NCBI GenBank assembly: GCA_001179505.1 | Contig: CDMY01000802.1 | Coordinates: forward strand, 124,001 to 188,000 | Reading direction: 5' to 3' | Length of the DNA: 64,000 nt | DNA from: Vitrella brassicaformis CCMP3155 | Taxonomy: Eukaryota > Protista > Chromerida | Notes under the pieces: model-generated | What the model was told of the DNA's origin: nothing | The model's database searches: none | The model's input: only the letters and a program-made list of their open reading frames with translations | Position numbers and translations under genes: made by a program | In this document: one piece after another, positions 51,178 to 62,561 of the stretch | How positions within the stretch are numbered: the stretch's first letter is position 1 | Layout of the letters: the number at the start of each line of letters is the position of its first letter

Positions 51178-52771
51178 ATGAAGTGCCGTCAGCTGACCGG
51201 CCTGCCTGGGGACGTCACGGGTGAGGTGTTAGGATGGCTCACAGCAGACAGCTGCGGCGCACTGCGAGCCACTTCGAAAACCGTCGGCTGCCATCTCATC
51301 AGCGAGGCTTACCTGACGGCCCGGCTCGACACTGCCATCTGCAACAAGGGCCTCAGTGGCGTGCTGACCTACAGAAGGCGCCCACAGACGGCCCGGGAAT
51401 ACCTGGTGCAGCGTGTGACGGCCACCTGCAGCGTGTTTCTTCCCTGGCTGGTCCATCTCGTCACCATCCTCGCAGCTGTGGCGGCCCTCATTGCTCTCTT
51501 TCGGGTGTGTGTGGCGGTTCCGACTGTCGCACGGACGTTCGTGGTCCAGCTGTTTGGACCGCGGTACTCGATGCTGGTGCTCCCCGTGGTGTGGTTTCTT
51601 CTCATCAGAGGAGGATGCGCCTTTGGTACGGCTTTCGGCAACTTCCTGGGACGCCACCCTTCCCTGCGGGCAGCTGCACTGAGGCCAATGCCCGCCTTCA
51701 GATTCATGGCGGCCAACATCGCTCTCGCTGCGCGCCGTGCGTGGGCTATGGTGACGTCAGCGGTCACGGGATCAAGGGCCGACAGAATGTACCTGTGGGG
51801 CGAGCTGCGCGGGGCGCTTCCCGACGGTGGCAAGAGCATCAGCCATCCTGAGTATCTCTTGCGGCTCCTGTACGTCATCGAGGAGGGCGGCCGTTGGGAG
51901 CGCTCCGTGCCGCTCATCTACTTCATCAAGAATTCCCACCTCATCCTCTCACTGCCCATCATCGTCTCGGCTGACGATCTGCGACGAGTCGGCAGCAGGG
52001 CGGTGTTTGATTCTCGGCCCGATGCTGTGCGGCAGTACTCGCTCTTCAGCCACCGATTCACGTGGATGGCTCCGCACAGTCGTCTGAGCCGCGTCGATGG
52101 GCAAGACCGCCTCGGGCCGCCGATGAGGGCACACCCAATGACCTTTCTGACCCCCGACACACTGCCTGCCAGCATCCCCCTGGCCATCGACTTCAACGCA
52201 TCGGACCCGCCCACTCAGTGTATGTGAACCACGTCGACACACACACACACACCAGGAACACGCTCTCTCTCATGCCTCTCTCTCTCTCTCTCTGCCTGTC
52301 TGTCTGTGTGTGTGTGTAGGTGTATGTGTAGGATGCAACCTGGGTTGCAACCTGGTAGCTGCATCCTTCACGGACCATGTCGTTCTATCGCTCAGCCATC
52401 TAGCCTCTGCGGCGTCTGACCCCTCTCTGCTACCTTACGACGCCACTGACGTGATCCCGGTGGCCGACCAGCAGCGGCTGAAGGACAGCATCGGCCAGGC
52501 GGGGCGCGCCATCTGGAGAGGCCATCGCCTGGTGGATGTGTGTGACAGCGGAAGGGGTGGCCGGCGTGCGAAGATGGCGATCTTGTGTGGGTGCAAGGCG
52601 ACCGATGAGTTTGCAGTCCGTGTCGCGCTGGGGGGGTCAGGCATGTGGGACGTTCTCGAGGTCAGCACGACGGAGCGGGTGGTGTGGGCAGGGAAGGGTG
52701 TGGCTGAAAGGTTTCCCCGCACAGCGGCAGTGCTCATTGACGTGGTGGAAGCGCTGAGCGTGTGCGTGTAG
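51178..52771 (+). CDS. Lineage-specific hypothetical protein with F-box-like N-terminal motif and hydrophobic insert
   Basis: Long exon 51178 to about 52220 (LTGLPGDVTGEVLGWLTADSCGALRATSK; TM-like FLPWLVHLVTILAAVAALIALF). Second exon ends ...AERFPRTAAVLIDVVEALSVCV*. Confidence 0.65.
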
Positions 52772-53563
52772 AGCGAGCGCCCGACACTCACTCTACAGAG
52801 AGACAGAGAGACAGAGACAGGTGGTGTGTATGCGTGCAGTGCACTCAGCGGCTGGCTGCAGTGCAGTGAGAGCAACTTCGCGTGTTCGTCGGTCGCTGCT
52901 CGTCAGATTTGTGGAGGCATAGTCTATCGGTGTGGAGGACAGGAGGTCATTAAGGTTTATGGGTGTCTTTTCTCTCTGTATCTATCTAGCCCCATTTGTA
53001 GCATTGATTGTACGTGTGTGTATGCGCGTGTGAATGCATTTGTGTGTGTATGTGTGTGTTGTTCTCTGTGCGGCAACTTTCTCGGTACTGCTTGCATCCC
53101 TTTACTTGAAGGGCCTCAATTAATGCACTCACTCTCACAATGAGCGAGCGCCATCCAGGATTGACTCCATTTCAATCAATCGCGCTGTCCCGTCCCACAC
53201 ACCCTTCCCCGCACCCACACGACCAATCACCTCACCAAGTTATCATCAAACCAACTGCGTCACTTGAGCAGTGCAGAGACCGCTGGACGTGCAGACAGAC
53301 AGAGGCGATTCAGCGATTCGTATGTATATGTATTGTAGCTTTAGATGTATGTGTATCGCTGAACAGGTTCAGCCCGAATTCGTGCATTAGGTTTGGTCAC
53401 GCTGCTTGTGTGACTCTCTTGCTCATGTTATCAACAAATTATGTCGATCGAATTCACCAGTCATACGAACATCATTCAAGCGTCTTCTCGTCTAGCGTTT
53501 GTATCTCTGTCTGACCTCACACACATGCCGGTTTGCTTGCGTGTCTCTCTCGACATGGTGTCT

Positions 53564-55336
53564 TCACATTATTTCTGCCGAGGAGTGTGCGATACTCTGA
53601 GCTGCAAACACGAGTCCGCTCTGCTCGTCGGCGTCTCTGCAGCAAACTGCGCTCTTCTCGCCAGTCTGACACACAATCACAGACACACCCCACGTCTGTC
53701 TTTGCACGCACCTTGTTTCATGTATTTTGCGTGTTCGCTCTTACCGTCGACTCGACGCCTTTGTACCAGACGTCGTTAGTAATGAGCCACTGGTGTGTGC
53801 GTGCGGTGTGAAATCCACCCATGTAAAGCTCCTCGAGCGTGCACAGATGGAAGGCCGGCGGGCAGATTTCGGGGTCCGCGGTCTCGTTGAAGGTGCATCG
53901 TAGTCGGCCAAGATGGTAGAAGTCTGCGGTGCCGATGCCCGTCAGAGCCGCCGGCAGCATGGCCTGAATCGACTGTTGCTGCACGACGAGAGACACACAT
54001 ACACATACACATGACGGCACATGTGGCTGTGTGGCCGACTGACTGACCTGGAGTCCGTAGTTGTAGAACTTGATGTCGTCGATGTATCCGTCAAAGCCTG
54101 GGAAGGTGCGGTGGGGATGCTTCCCAATGAAGAGCGGACCTGAACCAATGAATGCACAGCGCCAAACAAACAAAGCAATGCCTTGTGTGTGTGTGTGTGT
54201 GGTCTCTCTTCGTGTTTCTTGCCGTTGTTGGCCTTGGGCTCGTCTGAGAGTATCACCTCACTATCCTGCACACAGACATAGTTTCATGATGCGCATCTCT
54301 TTGTCCTCATTCATGTGTATCTGCCTCTGCCTGACCAGCATTCCGTCGATGAACAATCGCATGACGCCCTTGGACAGACTCACAGCGACATGCGTCCACC
54401 GCCGCATCGGAATGCCACCCTGCTCATTGACAACCCTCACACACACACACAAATGGAAGAATGAATGGATGAATGGCTTTTGTCAATGGGCTGGTGTCAT
54501 GGCTGGCGTGCCTGCGAGTCGAGTCCTTCGTTCGGGTTGATATTGGTCGACACACGGACGCGCAGCTTGTTGCTCGACTCCTGCAGCAATACCGTGGGCG
54601 TCACTTCAAAGTCGCCATGGCCCTTTGACACCACATAGCGATACTGCCCTGAGCGACATAAGAATGAACCACATGACAGATGGATGGATGCGTCTGTTTC
54701 CTTTCTTCTCTCTGTCGTTGTTTGCTGTTTGCCTGTGGGTCCGTTAAGCAGGTAGATCCAGAAGGAGACGGTCAGTGTGCCGACGTTGAGGGAAGGCGAT
54801 GAGGCGACGACAGTCCCGTTGTCCTTGTCCATAATCAGACTCGCGCCATAGCCAAAGAATGAAGGGCCCGAGCGAAGCGCTGATGAACACAAGCAGACAA
54901 CCGAATGACAAACGTGGATGACACGTCTGTTTGCGCCTGTGCTTGTGTGTGTTTTTCTGACCTGGGTGCATGTGATTGAAGTGTCCTGAGTGATCAATGG
55001 GGTAGACGTCGTCGAAGGTCCACCATCCAACGAGGCCGTTGGGGATGGCTGCGGCTGTGATCACCTGGGATGTGCCGTGCAAGCAAAAGGCTTGAGGAAC
55101 GTCTGCAGATCCATCCATCCATCCACAGCACACACAAATGGAGAGAGAGGAGTGATCCGCAATGTGCCGTCTGTGTTGTTCGCCCATGCACCGAAGCATT
55201 GCGAGATGATGTCATTCATGCGGCGGCTTCCATCGTGTGTCCTGCCAGCGACCGTGTTCTGCGCAAAGAGCTTGGCGGAGCCGCCAGTCAAACTGGCGCT
55301 GAGGAACAGGACCGTCAATGTGTTAAACACGCCCAT
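53564..55336 (-). CDS. Secreted LamG/concanavalin-A-like (Laminin_G_3) domain protein
   Basis: Signal peptide MGVFNTLTVLFLSASLTGGSA; LVGWWTFDD; TLTVSFWIYL; RRWTHVAVS...MRLFIDG; FDGYIDDIKFYN. Confidence 0.85.
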
Positions 55337-55446
55337 CGTGCGGATGGAATGCGGCCGCCGCGGGACTTTGCTCTATTGCCTCTGAGCGTTCGTACAGATT
55401 TACGACGGATCGCTTAACTTTGAGCTTGCGTTTGTTGTGTGCACAA

Positions 55447-56444
55447 ATGGCGCCTAAGAAGCGTGCGTTGGAGCAAAGCAGTGAAGCAGCAGACACAAGC
55501 AAAAAGAAGAAGAAGAATGCCAAGCTCGTCTTCGTTCTCGGCCACGGCGCAGGCAAGCATTCTCTTACACAGATCCAGCTCAACGCGTGAAGCATCGGTT
55601 TTTTTGCTGTCTGTTGTGTCATTGCAGGCACCAACTCGAGTCATCCGAAGATGCAGGGATGGAAAAAGAAGCTCGAAGAGACCTTCGCTGACGAGGGCGT
55701 GAGTGTGGTGATGGTTGACTTCCCTCGGCCGTTCAACAAGATGAACAAGATGGTGCTCGCCCACAAGGCTGCTGTGGAGGCCGCCAGCAAAGAGGCAGAC
55801 CGCCTCTTCCTCATTGGCACGTGAGTGAATCAGCGAAGGTGCGCATCTCTCTCTTTTATGTGTGTGTGTGTGGTTCACGTAGGTCGATGGGCTCGAGAGT
55901 GGCTGTGCATCTGTGCAACGACCAGCCGGAGGTGCGGTCGAAGGTCCATGGTATGATCGCACTCGGGTAAGCACAGACGGGGATACGGCTGACGAACACA
56001 GACGTGTTCGTTGTGTGCAGCTATCCTCTCATCAGCGTTTCGAAGGTGCGATCACATGAAATGCTTCACCTAGTCGTGATTTGTCTTTCATCTCCTCACT
56101 GTGCAGGAGCTGAGAGATCAGCCCCTGAAGGCCCTTCCTTCCGACGCGCCACCCCTTCTCTTCATCACGTAACAAACACTCTGACGTAACCAGCAGGGCA
56201 GTGAGTGAATGTTCATCGCCATTCATCTCTACTCGTGTGCAGCGGCACCAAAGACCACATGAGCCCACTGGACCAGCTGGAGGCGACGAGGAAGAAGATG
56301 AAGGGCCGCACTGAGCTCTTGTCCATCGATGGGGGTGATCACGGCCTGACCGTCAAGGGCAAGGGCAAGCAGGAGGCGGCTGACAAACAAATGCTGGACA
56401 AGATCAGGGAGTTCGTCCACAGCCTCCAGTCGGGTCTGTCCTGA
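55447..56444 (+). CDS. Tex30/KANL3-like alpha/beta hydrolase
   Basis: VLGHGA|GTNSSHPKM; nucleophile elbow FLIGT|SMGSRVA; IALG|YPL; SGTKD; IDGGDHGL, giving a Ser-Asp-His triad. Confidence 0.88.
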
Positions 56445-56755
56445 GCGTATGACTGGCTGGATGTCTGTATAGTAACCAACGCAGTGCTGTTTGTATGGAT
56501 GCTGTGGTTGTTCGTTGAGCACATTTGTGGATTTGACTGCATGTGGTGACAACCGCATCGCATGTACGTACGTACATGAATCAGTCCCGCACTTGACGTA
56601 TAGCGAGAAGGTGTCATAAAAGCGTGCACACAGCGATCTCCACGAAAAATGACAGAACGGTCTCAACACCAGAAACATTCAATTACACACCAGCACCAGC
56701 AGCCGGCTCTGTACAAGTGCGAGCAGCCATCGATGCTGCTCTGTGTGTCCGCCAT

Positions 56756-58381
56756 CTAGATCTTGACGATGTGCTGCAGCACCCTGGAGTGTCGGTGTGG
56801 GTGCACCTCGCCGTCGATCCAACACGTCAGCTCCTCCATCAAATCCTCACCTGATACACACACAGACGCGCACACACCCCTCAATCAGATTGAGCGAGAG
56901 TCTGGGTATGTGAGTGTCAGGTGGCGAGTGCGCCACACCTGAGTTTTGTGCGTTGAGGCCCCACTCAGAGTGATGCGACACGTCAGGCACGCCTGCTCAC
57001 ACACATTGCAGAAATTGTGAGGGTGCAGTGCACACGACAAACAGCCAGCCAGCACGAGTGTGGTTTGGAGCGTGTTGGAGTCCCCATTCACCTTCGAGCG
57101 TGAGGAGGATCCGTGTCTTGAACTTCTCGCTCACCTGAGGGAAGGAACCACAGCCACACACATCGAGACACACACGGTGCGCCTGTCTGCACGTGGCCGC
57201 CGCACACCTGTCCGAATTGCATGATGTCCTTTGGCCTCGTCAAGTGCCAGAAGCGACTGAACTCCAAGAAGACAAAGCAGTAGATGGTCGAGAAGATCGA
57301 CAGCGGGTCGGCCGGATTACTACAGACAACAAACGCAGGAAGAGATTTGCAAGGCTGTGAGAGTTGCGCCAGTGAGTGAATGACGGGTCGGTTGTACTTG
57401 TAGAAGAACACGCGAAGGTGACCCTCGTCCAAAAACTGCGTCAGCCACGCTGTGATGTTCAACCCTACACATACACAGCAGCAATACAATCCAAGGGCTC
57501 CCTTCTGTGCATCCATCCTTTCTCCCACCCACCTCACTCACCTGTGCTGGCGAATGGGAACCAGTATCTGGGGTCGTGTGTCGACTCATGCAGCACCTCC
57601 CTCGCACGCGGCCCATGGGTCCTGGCGAAGTAGGCCAGGTTCTTCAGCCCCAGCACACCCACGCCACGAAAATCCTTGGACGGCTCCTGGAACCCGATGC
57701 TCTTCCACGCCTCCATTCCCTCAGCGCTGATGGGTCCGAGGCCGTCGGGCAGACGAGGGGGGATGCTGCCTTCGGGAAGGTCCTTCTGAGTGAGGCACGT
57801 CCACATCTCCTCGAGCTCGCTGCGGTGGGCTTCGTCGGTCCAGTCGAACGGCACGGTGAGGAACTGCTTGACGGCCTTCTTGCCCTCGTTGGCCACACGG
57901 ATCTGACGAATCACCTGAACCAACCCACCAACCACGCCGGCAGCGAGTTAGTTATCTGCCCGGTTGGCGTGTGTGCTTGCTGTCAGTCTGCAGCCGTACC
58001 TGTTCGAGGACGGTGAGGTATTTCGGCCTCACTCGGAAGATGCGCGCCACCTCCATCGTCACATGGTGAGCCGTCCGTTTGTCATCGTACAGCAGCTCGG
58101 ACACCGTCAACAGCTGCTCCTCGATGCGCAGTATCAGGATCTGCAAAGGGGCAAGCAACCGCCACGCACCACCCGGCAGCAATGACTGTCGCATCAGGCC
58201 ATCTGTGTGTGCGCCGCGTCCTTACGGAGTTGGTGAGTTTGGTTGGCAGTGGCGGTCCGAGGAAGAGGACACTCACGGAGTTGTCGCCCGCCAGGAGCCG
58301 CTCCAGCTTGGACATGCCCGTGATAAGTGTGACCACGCCATCCAATATCGACACCGCCACGTTCTTGCACACCATCGCCAT
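56756..58381 (-). CDS. ELMO/CED-12 domain protein (ELMOD-like Arf/Arl GAP)
   Basis: WKSIGFQEPSKDFRGVGVLGLKNLAYFA; YWFPFASTG|LNIT; IYCFVFLEFSRFW...KDIMQF. Confidence 0.9.
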
Positions 58382-58489
58382 CTCACGAACTCGCCTAGCT
58401 ACCAGGCAACGTTCGTTCACCCTGAGCTAAGCTCGCAGGTCTCGTCGTCGCGTGAAAGACATGGGACTTGGCCGTCAGGCCGCTTAGGA

Positions 58490-58552
58490 CATTCCATGAA
58501 ACCGCTCTCTCGCTGCAAAATCATTCCGTGAAACCGCTCTCTCGCTGCAAAA
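58490..58552 (+). repeat. 32-bp tandem repeat (cattcc[a/g]tgaaaccgctctctcgctgcaaaa) in the ELMOD/TLDc-F divergent promoter, with degenerate copies at about 62380-62425
   Basis: gaaaccgctctctc occurs at 58498 and 58530; the 20-mer ttccgtgaaaccgctctctc also occurs at 62402. Confidence 0.85.
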
Positions 58553-58871
58553 GCTCGCAGAGAAGAAGGAAAGGGAGGTCCGGGGGGCCGAAAGGTGCAG
58601 CAACACTCACTGCCATTGCAGATCTCGAAGGCAGCCGAAGCAGAGCAGTCTGTGCGTAGTGGAGAGTATCTATTGTGCGAGTACTGTGTGCGAGTCGGGA
58701 GGTCTCTTGCAAGAGAGGGCGAGCACTCACTGGCGGACGAGAGGCGTGTTTCGTTTTCATCCGTGGCAGCAGGAGGCCAGGTGAGGCTAGCAGGGAGGAA
58801 AACTGGCAGTCTCGACTTGATGAATTGTCGTTGCGCTGAATGCAGATCTAATGCGGCGGTGCACTGGAGAG

Positions 58872-60252
58872 ATGGGAGGGCAGAGCAGCAGGTGAGCCAC
58901 TGATCATTCGAATGGATCATTCACAGCCGAGCATGTGCGTGTTGTGATTAATTGATGCACAGGTTCGAGCAAGGGCCACCTGCCGATGCTCCCGACATTA
59001 ACGACCTGTACCCACCCATCGCACCCCCTCCACCATACAGCCCGGAACTTGCGCCGTCCTCACTGCGCGTCATGACGCTCGAGGAGGCGGCAGATAGGCT
59101 TGTGCAAGCTGAGGAGGCGGCGAGAGAAGCCTCAGAGGAGGTGAGTGATACACGCTCCCAAACACAGGCTTGTTTATTATGTCACCATGGCCGTCTGTCT
59201 CCTTGTCCAGAACCGACAGTTGAGCGCCCAGGTGGCCACACAGGTGCGTACGCCAGAGGTCTCGACATTGTCATTCATGTGCAACATTGGAGTACGTGTG
59301 TGTGTGTGCAGGCCGCCCAGATGCAGACGCTTCAAGCCAAAGTCGACACACAGGTATGAAGCACACATCGCACACACAGTATGCAGCTTGCCAGCAGGAC
59401 CGTCTGTTCCAATGGTGGATCGCAGGAGGCAGAGATTCAGGCGCTGAAGGAGAGCCGCGCAGCCGACCGAGCCGCCATCAATGCGTCAATCGAGCAGGCA
59501 AGTGGTACACGTGTCCTGTTTCCCTTGTCACACTGGCCGTGTATGGTACCGTGGTTCATATGTCCATTGCAGGGATGGTCGCTTTACGGGCTGCTCACAT
59601 GTGAACAGCACGCAGCCCTGTCTGAGTTGCTGGGCGGCAAGCGACTCACTGTCGTCTACAGGTAGCCGGCGAAGCACACATTCTTATACTAGCAGCACAG
59701 TAGGCGCACACGTGTGTGTGCGTGTGTCTGTGTATCAGGTCATCGCGTGACGGCATGACGTATGCCGATCTGCTCCGCTGTGTGGGCGACAAGACCGGCC
59801 TGGTGTTCATCATTCGGACGGGCCGTTATGTGTTCGGCGCGTACATCAGTGCCGGTCTGCAGCTGCCAGACGACCCGACCAGCTATCGCACATACGATTC
59901 CGATGTGTGGTGGTTCTCATTGGCCGGCCACTTCCTCACACCGACCAAAATCGAGATCGACCAAGATTTGCAGTGGGTGCGGGTGGCGGGGAGGGAGGCG
60001 GATGAATGCCGTGAGAATGTGTGGATCCATTCGTATCTGCGTCTGGGGTATGGTGAGAGCTGTTTTGGCCAGCCTGCTGCCGACATCCGCAGCTGCTCTC
60101 AGAACGCCTACAGCCATATATCCCCATCAGAAGGCTACATGGGGACAGTTTTTGATGATGTCTTTCATGATGAATCATATTGCCCCCAGCATGCTTTGTT
60201 GGCTGGGGAGGCCGGCAGCTTTATGGCTGACGAGATAGTGGTGCTGCACTGA
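58872..60252 (+). CDS. TLDc-domain protein, paralogue F (MGGQSS myristoylation motif, PPxY, short coiled coil; intact)
   Basis: Exon 1 is 58872-58891 (ATG GGA GGG CAG AGC AGC AG), spliced to 58963. IAPPPPYSP follows. The TLDc reads LLGGKRLTVVYR|SSRDGMTYADLLRCVGDK...FMADEIVVLH*. Confidence 0.85.
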
Positions 60253-60668
60253 GGGAATTGTGTCTGACTGTGTGCGATTTTTAACGTCGAGTTTGCTGTC
60301 GGATGATCGTATACTTTCTCGATCTTTCTCATATGGTCTCGTGTGCGCGTGTGCGTGTGTCACTGAGTGCTGCACAGGACGCATCGCCACGGTGTCGCAC
60401 ATGACGTGTGTGTGCGATGTTCTGTAGGCATTAGACATGCATTTCGCTCGTATTCTTTCAATGCGTACTCCTGTCGAGCGAGATGGTCACCTTGCTGATT
60501 TTCATGCGTGTGGTGAGGGGTAGATGTCGTCTGTGTACCATAGCTGGCTGTCGGCCGTGACTGTCAAGCCTTGAGGGAACGAACGATGGTTGTATCACTT
60601 TTTGAATCATCGCTCGATTGAGTCTGCCAGTCGTGCACGCATGACTTAAGTGAGAAAGGCACCTGAGC

Positions 60669-62300
60669 CATCTTCATGCACAGAAACACGCACCTTAACC
60701 TGTAAACAGCCAGTCACAAATCAACAGCATTTCCGCTGACACACTTCCGTTTGGTTGGTACCTGCTTTGCGGCACTCGTCGGCCATCCTGCCCATCTCCT
60801 TCGATCCCAACTCCTGCACAGACACACACATTAGCGGCTGCGGTGCAGGTGGGCATGGCATCCCACTTCGAAGCCTCTGGGCAGCCGCCTCATGTCGTCC
60901 AGACACTTGGATGCAGGCACTGACAACACACACAGAGGATTCTCGCAGATGACAGGACGGCTCGTGCGTTTGCTCACCGTCGATGATCTCTTCGCCACGG
61001 ACCACAAAGTGCTTCCACCTGAGCCTCTGCAGCCGCGTGATGTACTCCATGCAGCCCTCCTCCGGCCCTTCCACAATCACCACACCAGGGTAGCCGATCT
61101 TGGAGAAGCCGCCAAGCCGAAGCTCCAACGCCCACCTGACCAATCGGCACCACTCAGCCATCCACGAGCATGAGATGGCGTCAGCCTTGGCTTACTGGAT
61201 GATGTATCGCCTCTTGGTCTCTGCTCGGATGTGGTGGCTGTAGCACACGCGCCTTCCCAGCTGCTGCTGCTGCCTGGCTGGTGGTCGTGCGGCGGCAGAC
61301 GCCTGTAGCTCCAGCAGCTGCAGCTCTTCTGCCAGTGCATCATCGCTCATATCGTCTTCCTCATCATCATCCGCCTCGTCGTCAGCCGCCGCCTGTGCCG
61401 CCTGCACACAAGCCACACTCGCACAGAGAGACAGACAGACAGACCGACATGAGCACAGTGAGTCTCATGAGTGAGTCCATGTGTGGTACCTACAGCCAAC
61501 TCTCGACCTCTTCGATCTCTGTGCGGTGCTCGGCAACGAAATCGGCCAGTGAATCCTACGCGAAGAAGGACAAGAGCCACACAATCTTGCTGCCGACCAC
61601 CCATGGCATGGCTGCCCATGCTCTCCTACTTTGGCTGACTGGACAATGTCGACGACGCACTCCTCACCTGCAAGCACAATGATCAGCAAGGCCTTATGTG
61701 TGCTTGTTTGCTTGCAAATCTCTATTGCTGACACCTCTCTCGGCGCATTCCCTGGCCCTCTCCTTCAGGGCCTCCTCACACTCAGCCAATCTGTGTGTGG
61801 GCAGGCAAGACGACAGCAGCTCCGCCCGCAGGCTCTTGTGCTGACACGAGCGACACAGATGAGTCGGCTGTGTGCAGAGGAAAGGCGTCGAACCTGGTTC
61901 ACCGGGTAGAGGGGTGGCAGAGTGATGCACAGCTGAGGGCTCTCGCCGTCTGCCTTGAGGTCTTCATCGAGGAAGCTGACACCGAAGTGAGGTCGTCGGT
62001 GCTCTGCTCATGACTCTTGATCTTCGCCACTGAGAAGCAGCAACAGACACACACACACATACATGCAGCAGAAACAAAGCATCATTCAAGAGCCATCTGC
62101 AGTCTGCAGTGATGTGTGTGCGTCGTTCACACGCCACTTCGTCGATGATCAGCTCATCCGGCCCAGGGTACATCGATGTCAACACCTGAACAGACGTGCA
62201 GCGGATGGCCAACTGTATCATTGCGTGTGTGCTTCGTTCATTGCAGGTGTGATGACTGACCTCAATCTCTTCGAGCTGTCGACGGCGGCATGAGCTGTGG
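60669..62300 (-). pseudogene. Pseudogene copy of the RWDD2-like gene
   Basis: Reverse-complement homologue of about 17130-18775. It has a 1-nt deletion at about 61990 (gacctcacttc versus gaccttcacttc), TTG>TAA at 60695-60697, and a last exon cut at 60669. Confidence 0.85.
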
Positions 62301-62561
62301 TCAGATCCTTCCTCCTGTCTTTTTTGAAGCCAAGCTTGCAGATGTGCCACAAAGCTCGCAGAGAAACAAGTTCGGGTGCTCCCTGAAACCGCTGCAACAA
62401 GTTCCGTGAAACCGCTCTCTCTAACAAATTGCTGAAGAAGAAAGGAAGGCAACACGGAGCAGCACAGGAGAATTGCTGAGCAAGCCAAGGGTTGATGAAA
62501 CATGGACGACAGGTAGATCCACACACTCACGCTGATCTCTGGGCTGCTGATCTTCCTTCTG

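Larger units (their letters stand above)
58420..62360 (-). repeat. Inverted, circularly permuted segmental duplicate of about 15025-18775
   Basis: 58420-60250 matches the reverse complement of about 17070-15350; 60669-62360 matches the reverse complement of about 18775-17050. Confidence 0.8.

Noticed and set aside
58490-58552. CRISPR-like 32-bp repeats
   Set aside because: There are only two adjacent units with no spacers and no cas genes, in a eukaryotic context.
15352-62360. Duplications as uncollapsed haplotypes
   Set aside because: The copies differ by many substitutions, indels, orientation and gene order, beyond what allelic variation would give. Local misjoins still need long-read checks.
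15025-62457. The TLDc cassette as an autonomous transposon
   Set aside because: No transposase, helicase or RT was recognised, there are no TIRs, LTRs or poly-A tail, and introns are retained. Non-autonomous capture cannot be excluded.
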